From positions 1-54,245 of IMG/VR virus record IMGVR_UViG_3300022213_000006: a stretch of DNA of 54,245 nucleotides. One strand, written 5' to 3'. Positions 1 through 8,749 of the stretch are shown here, one piece after another. A program made the position numbers and the translations under genes. The DNA is from a virus (lineage: Duplodnaviria; Caudoviricetes). Within the stretch, counting starts at the first letter, position 1. Every line of letters begins with the position of its first letter. Under the pieces are notes generated by a model that was not told the DNA's origin, made no database searches, and saw nothing but the letters and a program-made list of their open reading frames with translations.

Positions 1-258
1 CGCTGCGACGGCATCCTCGACATGCTGCGCTACGACGCGGCGACCGTGATCGAGCGGTACCGCGGATTCTGGGTCTTCTCCCGCCCCGAGAACCCTCCGA
101 CTACCGGCCGATGGGCGAGCTTCCGCATGACGCCGCTCCACTTCGACGGGCTCGACTACACGCGGGGCGTGTACGAGATGCGGACCCGGATCGATTCACA
201 CCTGGGTGGCCCGCTCCCGCGGCCCGGCACCGTCTTTGATCGGAGGATCTCGTCGTGA
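1..258 (+). CDS. Hypothetical phage protein, 5'-truncated
   Basis: Frame is open from base 1 (RCDGILDMLRYD...); stop overlaps the next start (GTGA). Confidence 0.6.
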   Translation, partial: RCDGILDMLRYDAATVIERYRGFWVFSRPENPPTTGRWASFRMTPLHFDGLDYTRGVYEMRTRIDSHLGGPLPRPGTVFDRRISS

Positions 259-467
259 GACGTTTCACTCTCAGCTACCGCACCTCGAACGGGGATGTAC
301 TTCGACTCTTCAACCTTTCTTCTTCTGCGGCGGATGAAATTATCTCCGCGCAGACAGCCCTCGGTTCGTCTGACTTCGTCCGGTACGCGCAAACTCGAGA
401 GTACGCCGACGTGGAGTGCGTGTTCCTTCGGCGCCACCCGTTACCGGAAATGGGTCATCTTTCCTAA
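255..467 (+). CDS. Hypothetical protein
   Basis: GGAGG upstream; GTGA coupling with previous ORF. Confidence 0.55.
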   Translation: MRRFTLSYRTSNGDVLRLFNLSSSAADEIISAQTALGSSDFVRYAQTREYADVECVFLRRHPLPEMGHLS

Positions 468-483
468 CAACTTGGAGGCTGTG

Positions 484-795
484 ATGGGCCCGACTTGGAA
501 TCCGCGCTACGTCGCATACGCACGAGAGCAGGGTCGCACGCCTCGAGCCCAGGCGTGCCACGACCTTAATAACTTCGAGTTCACGCAGTGGGTCCGTCGA
601 AAACGAGAGGCGGTGCTCGTAGACGGGCAGCCCTGCCGAGACTTTCGAGATCTGATCGGAGGCTCTACGCGCTTCGGCGGTCTCGAATACCACGCGATGA
701 TTGACGCGATCCTTGGTGTGGTCGAGGAAGATCGCAATGTCCCCTACGACTTCGAGGGGTACGATGCCGAATGGCGGGCCCTTCGCGAAAGATGA
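484..795 (+). CDS. Hypothetical phage protein (NPRYVAYA motif)
   Basis: GGAGG at 474-478 before GTG/ATG; start moved from 295 in the ORF track. Confidence 0.7.
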   Translation: MGPTWNPRYVAYAREQGRTPRAQACHDLNNFEFTQWVRRKREAVLVDGQPCRDFRDLIGGSTRFGGLEYHAMIDAILGVVEEDRNVPYDFEGYDAEWRALRER

Positions 796-796
796 A

Positions 797-867
797 TGAA
801 ATGCGAGCACTTTCTCCTTGCGGGTTGTTTTCGATTCGTGGTACGGTTCCGTCATCAACTGAGGAGA
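797..867 (+). promoter_or_regulatory. Early promoter copy 1 plus RBS leader
   Basis: TTGCGG(818-823)-18 nt-TACGGT(842-847); 17-mer TGAAATGCGAGCACTTT shared with 5714-5730; CATCAACTGAGGAGA shared with 6234-6248. Confidence 0.75.
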
Positions 868-873
868 TCTGAA

Positions 874-1194
874 ATGTCGGACCTGTTCACCACGGAAGCC
901 TGCACGGACTGCGGAGCCATCGCCGATTCGGACGGCTTCATGAGTCACACGCACGCGTGCGCTTCGGCTCGCGCGTTCTGGGGTGAGGAAACCCGCACGG
1001 CGCCGCTCAGCGTCTCGTTCGGCCCGGTGGATCCCATGAACCCGCAATGCGGCTACGAGCTGCGCATTACGCGCCAGGATGGGAGCACGCTGCTCTTCAC
1101 GGGTTGCGACCCGGTGACCGGCGCGAACCTGCTGTCCGTCGAGGATTGCCTGCGCGTGGTGTCGTACTACGTGGTGAACGGCGCGCCCTTCTAG
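874..1194 (+). CDS. Hypothetical protein with N-terminal CxxC..H..C cluster
   Basis: GAGGAG RBS before ATG 874; directly downstream of promoter copy 1. Confidence 0.7.
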   Translation: MSDLFTTEACTDCGAIADSDGFMSHTHACASARAFWGEETRTAPLSVSFGPVDPMNPQCGYELRITRQDGSTLLFTGCDPVTGANLLSVEDCLRVVSYYVVNGAPF

Positions 1195-1221
1195 TCGGCC
1201 AAAGAAACGAGGAGCAACTCC

Positions 1222-2196
1222 ATGCAACCGGCACTCGATCTCTTTTCCGGCCTCGGCGGCTGGACGACCGGCGCCAAGCAGAGCACCTCGGTGCGCGTGC
1301 GCGTCGCGCTGAACCACGACGCGGATGCAATCCGCTGGCACGCGGCGGCGCACCCTGAAGTGCGCCATCTGCGCCAGGATGCGGCGGACGCCGACTTCGG
1401 GGCCCTGGTCTCGGAAGTGGGCGGTGGCGTGCTTCTCGCGTCGCCTACGTGCCAGCAGGACTCGCAGTGCGCGCGGCCGGCGCGCGCGGGAACCGGCGGG
1501 AACGGCACCGTAAACGTCGCCGAGTTGATGATGCGCAACCGCGCTCGCCGCTCGACTGCGCACGCCGTGCTCGTCGCCGCGGAGCTGCTCGAACCTCGGG
1601 TGCTGATCGTCGAGAACGTCTCGCAGTTCGCCGAGTGGAACATGTTCGGCGCGTGGCTCGGGTGGCTGCAGGCGCTGGGCTACACGACGCGCGTGCATCG
1701 CCTGAACGCGGCGGACTACGGTGCGGCGACGGATCGCGAGCGCCTGATCGTGACCGCCGCGCGCGGGCGCGCGATCGAGCTGGCGCCCACGTTCGGCGCC
1801 GGCAGGGCGAACGGTCGCCGCCTGCGCGACTGCCTCGATCCCGACGACGCCCCGGAGAACCGCTGGCACGCGATCGACAGCAAGCCGCCTCGCACGCGCG
1901 ACTTGATTCGCTCGAAGCAAACGGCACTCCGTCGCGGCGTGCTCAACAACGTGAGCGCTGGCGTCCGGCTGCGCGCGCTCGATGATTTGGCCCCGACGCT
2001 CACGACGAAGAGCGGGTCGCAGTTGATGCTCGTCGACGAGGATCGCGTGCGCATCCTCAATCCGCGCGAGCTGGCGCGCATCCAGGGCTGGACTGGAACT
2101 GAGCCGCTCCCGAGCGATCGATCGACGGCAAGCCGCCTTCTCGGCAACGCTGTGCCCGTGGAGCTTGCTGCCGGGGTGATCGCTCAGACGGTCTGA
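1222..2196 (+). CDS. DNA (cytosine-5)-methyltransferase
   Basis: Motif I DLFSGLGG, IV SPTCQ, VI ENV, VIII RER, IX RELARIQG, X GNAVP; GAGGAG RBS. Confidence 0.95.
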   Translation: MQPALDLFSGLGGWTTGAKQSTSVRVRVALNHDADAIRWHAAAHPEVRHLRQDAADADFGALVSEVGGGVLLASPTCQQDSQCARPARAGTGGNGTVNVAELMMRNRARRSTAHAVLVAAELLEPRVLIVENVSQFAEWNMFGAWLGWLQALGYTTRVHRLNAADYGAATDRERLIVTAARGRAIELAPTFGAGRANGRRLRDCLDPDDAPENRWHAIDSKPPRTRDLIRSKQTALRRGVLNNVSAGVRLRALDDLAPTLTTKSGSQLMLVDEDRVRILNPRELARIQGWTGTEPLPSDRSTASRLLGNAVPVELAAGVIAQTV

Positions 2197-2236
2197 GCGT
2201 CCTCGACCTCGGATTCTCGAGACGGAGATTCGAACA

Positions 2237-2437
2237 ATGTGGGTGTACCTGAAGAGCGAACGCTCGCTGTGGACGGTGGGCTACTACGACCCGCGCGGCC
2301 GCTGGGTGGCAGACAGCGACCACTCCTCACGGGAAGCGGCGACTGAGCGCGTGCATTTCCTGAACGGGGGCCGGGAGTCGAAGCCGGATACCTCACCGTT
2401 TCTCGATGTCGATCCGCGTCCGGCGATCAAGCTCTGA
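2237..2437 (+). CDS. Small hypothetical phage protein (LWTVGYYDPxGxW motif)
   Basis: GGAG RBS; coupled to next ORF. Confidence 0.7.
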   Translation: MWVYLKSERSLWTVGYYDPRGRWVADSDHSSREAATERVHFLNGGRESKPDTSPFLDVDPRPAIKL

Positions 2438-2724
2438 TGTTCGACGGGCAAAACCTCTGGGTGCTGAGTCGAGACGTATGGCACCTGTCTCGGCCTCCTG
2501 CGCACGAGGCGATCTATGAGTTGCAGTGCTGTGAGGCTTCGATCGAGAATCCGAGCACGCTGTGGAGTTCCACGCAGCTCGCTGAGAAGCCGGCACCGAG
2601 CTTCAAGCAAAAACTCTGCTGGCAGGCACGACAGATCTCGGATCTGCGCGTGTCAATCAATCAACTTTCTGAACAACTCGAGAAGTTGTTAAGGAACAGG
2701 TCGAGATCATTCCGACCTGTATGA
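2437..2724 (+). CDS. Hypothetical protein with C-terminal coiled coil
   Basis: TGATG coupling; fills the gap in the operon. Confidence 0.55.
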   Translation: MFDGQNLWVLSRDVWHLSRPPAHEAIYELQCCEASIENPSTLWSSTQLAEKPAPSFKQKLCWQARQISDLRVSINQLSEQLEKLLRNRSRSFRPV

Positions 2725-2734
2725 GGAGACGAGA

Positions 2735-3100
2735 ATGATGAGGCAAATTGTTAGGGATCTGTGGGTGGAAGCTCTCGAAAGCGGGCGCTACACGCAGTGT
2801 CGGAATTTTCTTTCCCGTGGTGGGGCTAAGCGCTGCGCGCTTGGAGTTCTCTGCGAAGTGCTTGCGGACATGCAGGCTGCGCCTGCGAGTGTGCGACTGA
2901 GCGCTCGGCGTGCCCTGGACGACAGCGTCAGCGCGGTCCCTCCGGATGTAGCCCGTTTCGCCGGTTTTCCGGGCGAAGTTACTGGGCCGTTCATTCGCGT
3001 CTCTGCAGAGGGTGAGGAAGGTCTGTTCGCAGTCGGAGAGTTGAATGACGAAGGCTTCAACTTTCGTGCTCTTGCGCGGTTGCTCCGAGAGCAGGCTTGA
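2735..3100 (+). CDS. Conserved-type hypothetical phage protein (WxxALESGxYxQ...CALGVLC)
   Basis: GAGGAG RBS; motif pattern typical of small phage proteins. Confidence 0.75.
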   Translation: MMRQIVRDLWVEALESGRYTQCRNFLSRGGAKRCALGVLCEVLADMQAAPASVRLSARRALDDSVSAVPPDVARFAGFPGEVTGPFIRVSAEGEEGLFAVGELNDEGFNFRALARLLREQA

Positions 3101-3137
3101 AAAAATCCTGCTAGGCCTTGCTGCATCATGATGACAC

Positions 3138-3295
3138 GGGCGCATAGCTCAACTGGTAGAGCGGCCGGATTTCAACCCGGGCGGTTGCGGCGCTTCAGCG
3201 ATACCGACCATTCCGAGGCCTTCAGGCACTGGAAGTCCGAGTAGCTCCACGACGGGCGGGGAGGGAGACCTCCTCGCTCGTCCTCGGGGAGGCCC
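3138..3295 (+). ncRNA. Candidate structured RNA with tRNA-like 5' half (no canonical T arm or acceptor 3' strand)
   Basis: GGGCGCA-TA-GCTC-AACTGGTA-GAGC D arm; CCGG-ATTTCAAC-CCGG arm; three further hairpins including a 14-bp stem with GAGA tetraloop (3251-3282); intergenic. Confidence 0.65.
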
Positions 3296-3517
3296 ATGGC
3301 AGCGAAGAAACATGTTGGCAAGGTCAAGATGACGACCGAGAAAATTTTCTTGGGCACGAAGCTATTTGCAGAAGTCACTCTGCCTGTCTCGGAGTTGGGG
3401 CGGTTCCGCGATCGCATGTATTGGGTGCTTGTCTCAAGCCGGGCGTCCTCGGATCTTCCGCCGTACATCACCGTAAAATTCAAACACAAACCCGAAAGGG
3501 GAGTCCTTGACGCCTGA
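3296..3517 (+). CDS. Hypothetical protein
   Basis: GGGGAGG RBS. Confidence 0.6.
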   Translation: MAAKKHVGKVKMTTEKIFLGTKLFAEVTLPVSELGRFRDRMYWVLVSSRASSDLPPYITVKFKHKPERGVLDA

Positions 3518-3770
3518 GCAAGAAGGCTCGATCGAGCTGGTCGCCATGCGGGCATATCGTGCTTGGATGGAGTCCTGCAGCAACGGACGCGTGGCAATCA
3601 CTGACTCGAGACTCCGCGCCGCTTGGCGCCTACTCTCTTCAGACAAACGCGTCGCGTGGCGCAAGGTGGCACTCGTACTTTTGACTGATTGTCCTGAGCT
3701 TTCTCCGTCGAGAGTGCGAGGGGCAGTACGAGACACGGAAATCATCACTCACAAGTTGTTAGGGGGATAG
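3507..3770 (+). CDS. Hypothetical protein
   Basis: AGGGGAG RBS before TTG. Confidence 0.55.
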   Translation: MTPEQEGSIELVAMRAYRAWMESCSNGRVAITDSRLRAAWRLLSSDKRVAWRKVALVLLTDCPELSPSRVRGAVRDTEIITHKLLGG

Positions 3771-3772
3771 TC

Positions 3773-4027
3773 GTGATACTGGCCGTTGTTTATGGGGCCG
3801 TTGTCGGGCTCTGCTACGTCGTTTACAGCCTGAGTTCGACTGACAGGCAAGCGAACTTGATCGCGTCTGTACTGTGGCCGCTCTCGGCACTGGTCGGCGC
3901 CGCGGTCTCTGCACTTTTTGCAGTCTCAGCGCTTGCCCTGTGGGTAGCTGTCCCTGTGTTCGTCGCGAGTTCCGTCGTGAGGACACTCGTGCGTAGTTTC
4001 AGCAGCACGATTCAAGGACGATGGTAA
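3773..4027 (+). CDS. Small membrane protein
   Basis: Two or three hydrophobic segments; RBS AGGGGG. Confidence 0.6.
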   Translation: MILAVVYGAVVGLCYVVYSLSSTDRQANLIASVLWPLSALVGAAVSALFAVSALALWVAVPVFVASSVVRTLVRSFSSTIQGRW

Positions 4028-4761
4028 TGCAAGATGTATGCGTGCTAGAGATCGAGAAGCAAGAACTACCAGGCAACACTTTGACTAGGTCGCAGCGCAT
4101 CGCCGCTCACCAGGGCATTGTGTTTCAGATTGTCAACCGTTTGTGGGCCCGTTTGCGCGGTATCTACTGGATCGACTACGACGACCTGGCTCAGTGGGCC
4201 CAAGCTGGGTTGATTCATGCGGTGGACAACTACCGTCCCGGAGTGGAAGGTCGCGAGTGGGCTTCTTTCTACACGTACGCATACCACTGTGTACACGGGT
4301 ACGCGTTGCAGGTGTTCGCGGATGACAGTCAGGTCACGAAGTGGAGTGCCACGTATCGGAGGCAGATGCGTGGAAACCCAACCTCGTACCAAGCTTTGCC
4401 TTCTCCTTCGCCCACGTTCATCCCCTTCGATTTCCTAGAACACACAGGAACTTCGACGGATTCCGAGGCGGGAACCTTGCTGGAATTCGAGATCAATAGT
4501 CAGCTCAACGAGACTCGCACAGGAGACCCCGACGACTCAGAACACGTCGTACTCTGTGCAGAAGCTTGGAAGAGTCTCAGCCAACTTTCTCCGCGTGAGC
4601 GTAAGATCCTGATCGATCGCGCCAACGAAATCACACTCGAACAGATCGGGGTAGAGCTTGGTGTATCTCGAGAGCGTGTGAGGCAAATCGAGCGAACGGC
4701 GCTGAATAAGTTGCGAGCATTCCTAACAATCTCAGGTAAGCGTCGACGTGACCAATCATAG
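4021..4761 (+). CDS. Phage RNA polymerase sigma factor (sigma70 family, regions 2 and 4)
   Basis: Region 2 DYDDLAQ..GLIHAVDNY..FYTYA; region 4 LSPRERKIL..TLEQIGVELGVSRERVRQIERTALNKLR. Confidence 0.93.
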   Translation: MVMQDVCVLEIEKQELPGNTLTRSQRIAAHQGIVFQIVNRLWARLRGIYWIDYDDLAQWAQAGLIHAVDNYRPGVEGREWASFYTYAYHCVHGYALQVFADDSQVTKWSATYRRQMRGNPTSYQALPSPSPTFIPFDFLEHTGTSTDSEAGTLLEFEINSQLNETRTGDPDDSEHVVLCAEAWKSLSQLSPRERKILIDRANEITLEQIGVELGVSRERVRQIERTALNKLRAFLTISGKRRRDQS

Positions 4762-5275
4762 GTACAGTGACGCGCAGAGATGGTTTCGTGAAGCCCTTGT
4801 CCGCCGTCTGGAGACCTGTGCTGCACAGATGAACACTCTGCTCTCTGAGATTCCACGCGGTAGCCTGCGCTATTGGACGCTGACTGTGGCTACTCGGGAG
4901 GACTACTCAGAGATTTTCCACCAGGCGAGCGAGTTAGCTCGCGTTGCCATCGCGCTCGGGCGACTGCGGGTGGCGGGTCGCAAATCGATATTGGAGGTAC
5001 AGCGGGTGCTTGAAGAGATCCGCGAGCAAGATCCGCAGATTGCCCAAGGGCTCGAGTCCGATGTTGTTATGGCGCTGCAGATTGCCGGCTACGACGTGCA
5101 GGTCCACGCGGAGCCTGTTGTGGAGTTGGCGCCGCCGATTGATGCCGCACCAATCGAAGCTCCCGTGGAGCCGAACCTTTCAGAGTTGCCAAGCACATCG
5201 CGGGGTGCCGCTCGGTCGACCTCCGGGTTTGTCTCCGCCAATACAGCGAAGCAGCGCATGCCCTGGGAGTACTAG
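4748..5275 (+). CDS. Hypothetical protein
   Basis: 175-aa ORF overlapping the sigma factor stop. Confidence 0.6.
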   Translation: MTNHRYSDAQRWFREALVRRLETCAAQMNTLLSEIPRGSLRYWTLTVATREDYSEIFHQASELARVAIALGRLRVAGRKSILEVQRVLEEIREQDPQIAQGLESDVVMALQIAGYDVQVHAEPVVELAPPIDAAPIEAPVEPNLSELPSTSRGAARSTSGFVSANTAKQRMPWEY

Positions 5276-5622
5276 TACTGCCCCCGTTCTTCGGCCTCTC
5301 TCTGAGTTATTAGGTTGAGGCTCCTCAATCGGAACGACGCCATTCGTTCCTCCGTGACGCTGTAGCAGTACGAGCTTCCGAGCTGTCGTACCTTGCCTTT
5401 GAGGCCCGGGTATCGGTTCCAGATGCGCGAGCTGAGCGCTTCGAAAAGTTGCGATAGCACGGAGCCCGCGGCGATGGTCTCAAAGGCCTCCACGCAGGTG
5501 GCTCGTCGCCCATCCTCGTAGGCCTCGATCACTGCTTCCACCGCGGCACGCACTTCCGCCTCGCCCACATCTTTGACGGGCTCGAATTCCACGCTGATGA
5601 CGACGGGGATTTGGACGCGCAC
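5272..5622 (-). CDS. Hypothetical protein (lone minus-strand gene in the early arm)
   Basis: GGAG before GTG at 5622; has its own promoter at 5649-5678. Confidence 0.65.
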   Translation of the reverse strand: MRVQIPVVISVEFEPVKDVGEAEVRAAVEAVIEAYEDGRRATCVEAFETIAAGSVLSQLFEALSSRIWNRYPGLKGKVRQLGSSYCYSVTEERMASFRLRSLNLITQREAEERGQY

Positions 5623-5648
5623 AGGCTTCTCCGCTTGGTTGATCCACC

Positions 5649-5678
5649 AGCGTACCACGTGGTTGTTTCGATGCGCAA
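5649..5678 (-). promoter_or_regulatory. Early promoter copy 2 (divergent)
   Basis: TTGCGC-18 nt-TACGCT with CGTGG immediately before -10, same as copies 1 and 3. Confidence 0.7.
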
Positions 5679-5713
5679 GGGAAATTTTGGTCCAGCCCGC
5701 AAAATTTATTTTT

Positions 5714-5764
5714 TGAAATGCGAGCACTTTTCTGTTGCGGATCGTTTTGGACCCGTGGTAGTGT
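5714..5764 (+). promoter_or_regulatory. Early promoter copy 3
   Basis: TGAAATGCGAGCACTTT, TTGCGG(5735-5740)-18 nt-TAGTGT(5759-5764); AT-rich tract upstream. Confidence 0.75.
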
Positions 5765-5789
5765 TCATTCCATCGAAAGGGAGACGGCG

Positions 5790-6167
5790 ATGGCGAACAA
5801 GGTCCACGACTACAGCTCGAAGAACCGCAAGGCGGCACGCGCGACGGAGCGCCAGAAGTCGGCGGCGATCATCGCGGAGTCCGCAGACAGCGCTCCGCGC
5901 CTGGCGACCCACGCGAACTTGCAGCAGCTGATCTCGGAGCTGAGCGTCGTGGCTCTGGGGGAGTTCGAGTTCGGCGACCGCGACCTGGGCGTCTTGTACC
6001 AGAGCGTGGCCATGTCGCTGTCCGCTTGGGAGCTGCCGAGCGCGGCGGATTACGAGGCGCTTGCGGAGGCCTGGGAGCTGCGCGGCGACAATGAGCCGCG
6101 CCACGACCTTCTGCTCCACCTCGCGAAGACTCTCACCGCTCTCGGCGGCGAGGATTTCCGGGGCTGA
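5790..6167 (+). CDS. Hypothetical early protein
   Basis: AAGGGAG RBS before ATG 5790; strong GC3 bias. Confidence 0.75.
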   Translation: MANKVHDYSSKNRKAARATERQKSAAIIAESADSAPRLATHANLQQLISELSVVALGEFEFGDRDLGVLYQSVAMSLSAWELPSAADYEALAEAWELRGDNEPRHDLLLHLAKTLTALGGEDFRG

Positions 6168-6198
6168 AAAAAAAACGCACGAGACCCCCAAAAAAGAT

Positions 6199-6248
6199 TT
6201 GCATGGAGCGTGGGTTTCGAGATACATTCCACGCATCAACTGAGGAGA
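6199..6248 (+). promoter_or_regulatory. Early promoter copy 4 plus RBS leader
   Basis: TTGCAT-18 nt-TACATT(6223-6228); A tracts upstream; leader CATCAACTGAGGAGA identical to 853-867. Confidence 0.7.
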
Positions 6249-6254
6249 ACGCAG

Positions 6255-6725
6255 ATGACGAACTGGATCAGCGAGAAGGCGCTCGAGCGCGCGACCGTGG
6301 TGCAAGACCTGGAGGTCTCAGAGCTGTTCGCCCTTCGCGTCAGCAACCCCGCCATGCCCGCGGTGCTCGCGGCATGCGGGCACATCCGCACGGGTCGCGG
6401 CGTCACGGAGCTGTCGGGCCCCTGCGTGGCCTGCAAGGACGAGGGCTGGCTCTCCCCCGCCGAGCGCGCGGTGAAGGAAGAAAACGACCGTCTTGCGAAG
6501 ATCCGCTGGGACGAGCTGGCGCACAAGCACCTGATCCACTCGCTGCGCGAACTGGCGCAGCGCATCGAGGACGGTTGCGAGTCGTGCAAGTGGGCCGCGA
6601 AGCAGATGATCGCCGGCAAGGGGCTGCCGTTTGCGCCTCGGCACGAGGGCTCGGAGCACTGCCGCTCGGGTTCGATTGCGAGCGGGGGCAAGCACGCGCA
6701 CTGCACCTGCGACACCTGCTTCTAA
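6255..6725 (+). CDS. Cys/His-rich hypothetical protein
   Basis: GAGGAG RBS; CGH..CxxC, CxxC, PRH...HCTCDTCF. Confidence 0.75.
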   Translation: MTNWISEKALERATVVQDLEVSELFALRVSNPAMPAVLAACGHIRTGRGVTELSGPCVACKDEGWLSPAERAVKEENDRLAKIRWDELAHKHLIHSLRELAQRIEDGCESCKWAAKQMIAGKGLPFAPRHEGSEHCRSGSIASGGKHAHCTCDTCF

Positions 6726-6748
6726 CCCCAACTAGGAGGGCCTAACAA

Positions 6749-6994
6749 GTGGACGAACGAATCCTGAAGGAACTGAGGGGCATTCGCAAGGCGCTGCAGG
6801 CGTTCGTCGCGATCCAGCGTGCCGATGTGCGGCGCATCTCGAAGTTCGAGCGCGAGGCCGCGCGCGAGGCGAAAGCAGCGAAGGAGGAGGCACGGAACCT
6901 GACCCGCATTCGTGAGCAGCGTTCGACCAGCGACTGGATCCGACCTTGCCACGTGGAGGAAGTTGATGCGGACGAGCAAGGCCCGTTCGCGTGA
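6749..6994 (+). CDS. Hypothetical coiled-coil protein
   Basis: AGGAGG RBS. Confidence 0.65.
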   Translation: MDERILKELRGIRKALQAFVAIQRADVRRISKFEREAAREAKAAKEEARNLTRIREQRSTSDWIRPCHVEEVDADEQGPFA

Positions 6995-7299
6995 TGTCTG
7001 TGTTGCTGTTCGTCGTGGTGGCAATTCTTGCCTATCAAGCGGCGAAGCGGGGCCTGGTTTTGTTGTCCCTCGTTCTTTTCGTCCCTCTCGTCGGACTCGG
7101 ATTCGAGGACAACCCGTGGGCGTGGTTCCTCACGTATGGAATCCTGGCATGGTGCCTCTCCCGGTGGATTCCTGAGCCCGACGAGAGGGCGCCGGACCTG
7201 ACAGTCGCAGATGCGGAGCCGGACGAAACCCCTCCGCAAAAACCTAAGAAACCAAGGACTCGACCAAAGAGTCGAGCACACCTGAAAGTGGTCAAATGA
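6991..7299 (+). CDS. Membrane protein
   Basis: Hydrophobic N-terminal half, basic tail; coupled at both ends. Confidence 0.65.
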   Translation: MMSVLLFVVVAILAYQAAKRGLVLLSLVLFVPLVGLGFEDNPWAWFLTYGILAWCLSRWIPEPDERAPDLTVADAEPDETPPQKPKKPRTRPKSRAHLKVVK

Positions 7300-8015
7300 C
7301 GGATCAAGCGGCGAAAGATTTCGAAGCGGTGACGGTCGACAACGTGCTCGCTGGGTACGTGCGGCGCTCAGAGTCTGTCGAGGCGTGGGGCGCCTACAGC
7401 AAAAATCAGAAGCTACTCGCATGGTATCGCTTCCCCGAGTACGCCCGAATGGAAGTGAAGACCCGCCACCGTGCGCTGCTCAAAGCGCGTGCGACTCGCA
7501 GCCGCAACAAACAACCTCGAGACGCGCAGCGCGCGAAGCTCTACAAGGCGGAGTGGGCTGCGCTGGGGAGTATGCAGCTGCGCAGTGGACGCACGATCGC
7601 CGAAGTGAACACCTGGCTTACCTCGTTGTTAGAGATCTACCGCGAGCGCTACGAAAAAGTGCCCACCTTCGTGCAGGTGGAATCCAGCTCCGGGAACCAC
7701 GCGATTTGGTCTCGCAACGTGATCCGTTTGACGCTCCGAGGCCGAGAACAGGATTGGGTGTGCTTGCATGAGCTGGCGCATCTCCTCGTAAAGGAAAACC
7801 CGGGGCATGGGCGGAAATTCGCGAGTGTCTACTTGACCCTGGTCACGGAAGTCTGCGGTCGCATTTGGGGAGACAGATTGCGAGAGGCGTTCCGGGAGCA
7901 CGGTGTGAAGTATCAGGCCAAGCGAGAGCTTTCTCCCGCTCGTTTGGCGGCGCTCCGCGAGCGCGGCAAGCAGCTTGCAGCCTCGCGCTGGGGATCCCCA
8001 TCTGCACCGATCTAG
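7296..8015 (+). CDS. HEXXH metallohydrolase (SprT/Rv0185-like zincin)
   Basis: RDAQRAKLYKAE, LHELAH and GHGRKF motifs. Confidence 0.8.
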   Translation: MTDQAAKDFEAVTVDNVLAGYVRRSESVEAWGAYSKNQKLLAWYRFPEYARMEVKTRHRALLKARATRSRNKQPRDAQRAKLYKAEWAALGSMQLRSGRTIAEVNTWLTSLLEIYRERYEKVPTFVQVESSSGNHAIWSRNVIRLTLRGREQDWVCLHELAHLLVKENPGHGRKFASVYLTLVTEVCGRIWGDRLREAFREHGVKYQAKRELSPARLAALRERGKQLAASRWGSPSAPI

Positions 8016-8341
8016 GCGTCTACTTGTCGTTTTTCCTGGCGCTCGGCGGAGCTGGACTTATGCTCCTCTCCCTGCTGCGCGATAGCCAACGCACGTTGGT
8101 TTTGGGGGCCATCGCGATATGTCTATCCCTGGTGACTTTGACCGCGACGCAGATGTTGTTCGCCACGCCACGATTCGGGGCGTGCAGTCTGACGTTGGAG
8201 ATGGACAAGAGTGCGTCATCCTTACGCTTGCCCTGACGATGCCAGTTGGTGATGGGGAGGCGTTCGTCGCCGCGATCGGTGATTTAATCTCCGACCTCGG
8301 CTACCAGATCAACGCGAAGCTCGTGGACTGAAAGGTCTCGC

Positions 8342-8647
8342 ATGGTCTGCGTCCTAATAATCTGCGGGTGGTGCGGCGGAGACATTCGACCGCCCGACGA
8401 CAGTTACCGCGTGATTCGCTCGCGGCCCGCTTGCTCGACGTGTGTCGAGCGCGGAGTTACTGCAGTTGCTTCAAGAGGAGGATCTGATGTCGGAGTTGCA
8501 CACGACGGACGCAGAAATCGCGTTCGTGCGAGGTCTGGGAACAAACACGCGCGCGGCCATGCGCGCAACGCAAGCGGGCCGCAAAGCGATGCTGGAACAG
8601 ACCGCGAAGCTGCTTCAGGGGTACCTGCGAAGTCTTCCGTTCCGTAG
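8342..8647 (+). CDS. Possible small zinc-ribbon protein
   Basis: CGWC...CSTC; 3' part overlaps next ORF. Confidence 0.4.
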   Translation: MVCVLIICGWCGGDIRPPDDSYRVIRSRPACSTCVERGVTAVASRGGSDVGVAHDGRRNRVRARSGNKHARGHARNASGPQSDAGTDREAASGVPAKSSVP

Positions 8648-8738
8648 CCGGCGCGAGTACATCGACTTTCGGCAAGTGGAGACCGCCGCGACTGAGCGGC
8701 TTCGAGACGTGCAGCGGGCGCTACTGGCTCTGAACTAG
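8487..8738 (+). CDS. Hypothetical protein
   Basis: GAGGAGG RBS before ATG 8487. Confidence 0.7.
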   Translation: MSELHTTDAEIAFVRGLGTNTRAAMRATQAGRKAMLEQTAKLLQGYLRSLPFRSRREYIDFRQVETAATERLRDVQRALLALN

Positions 8739-8749
8739 CCGAGCCCTTC

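Noticed and set aside
340-1920. 526-aa minus-strand ORF
   Set aside because: Antisense shadow of the GC-rich methyltransferase region; Arg/Ala-rich with no motifs
3138-3215. Functional canonical tRNA or attP site
   Set aside because: No T arm, acceptor 3' strand or CCA; no integrase in the window; kept as an ncRNA candidate instead
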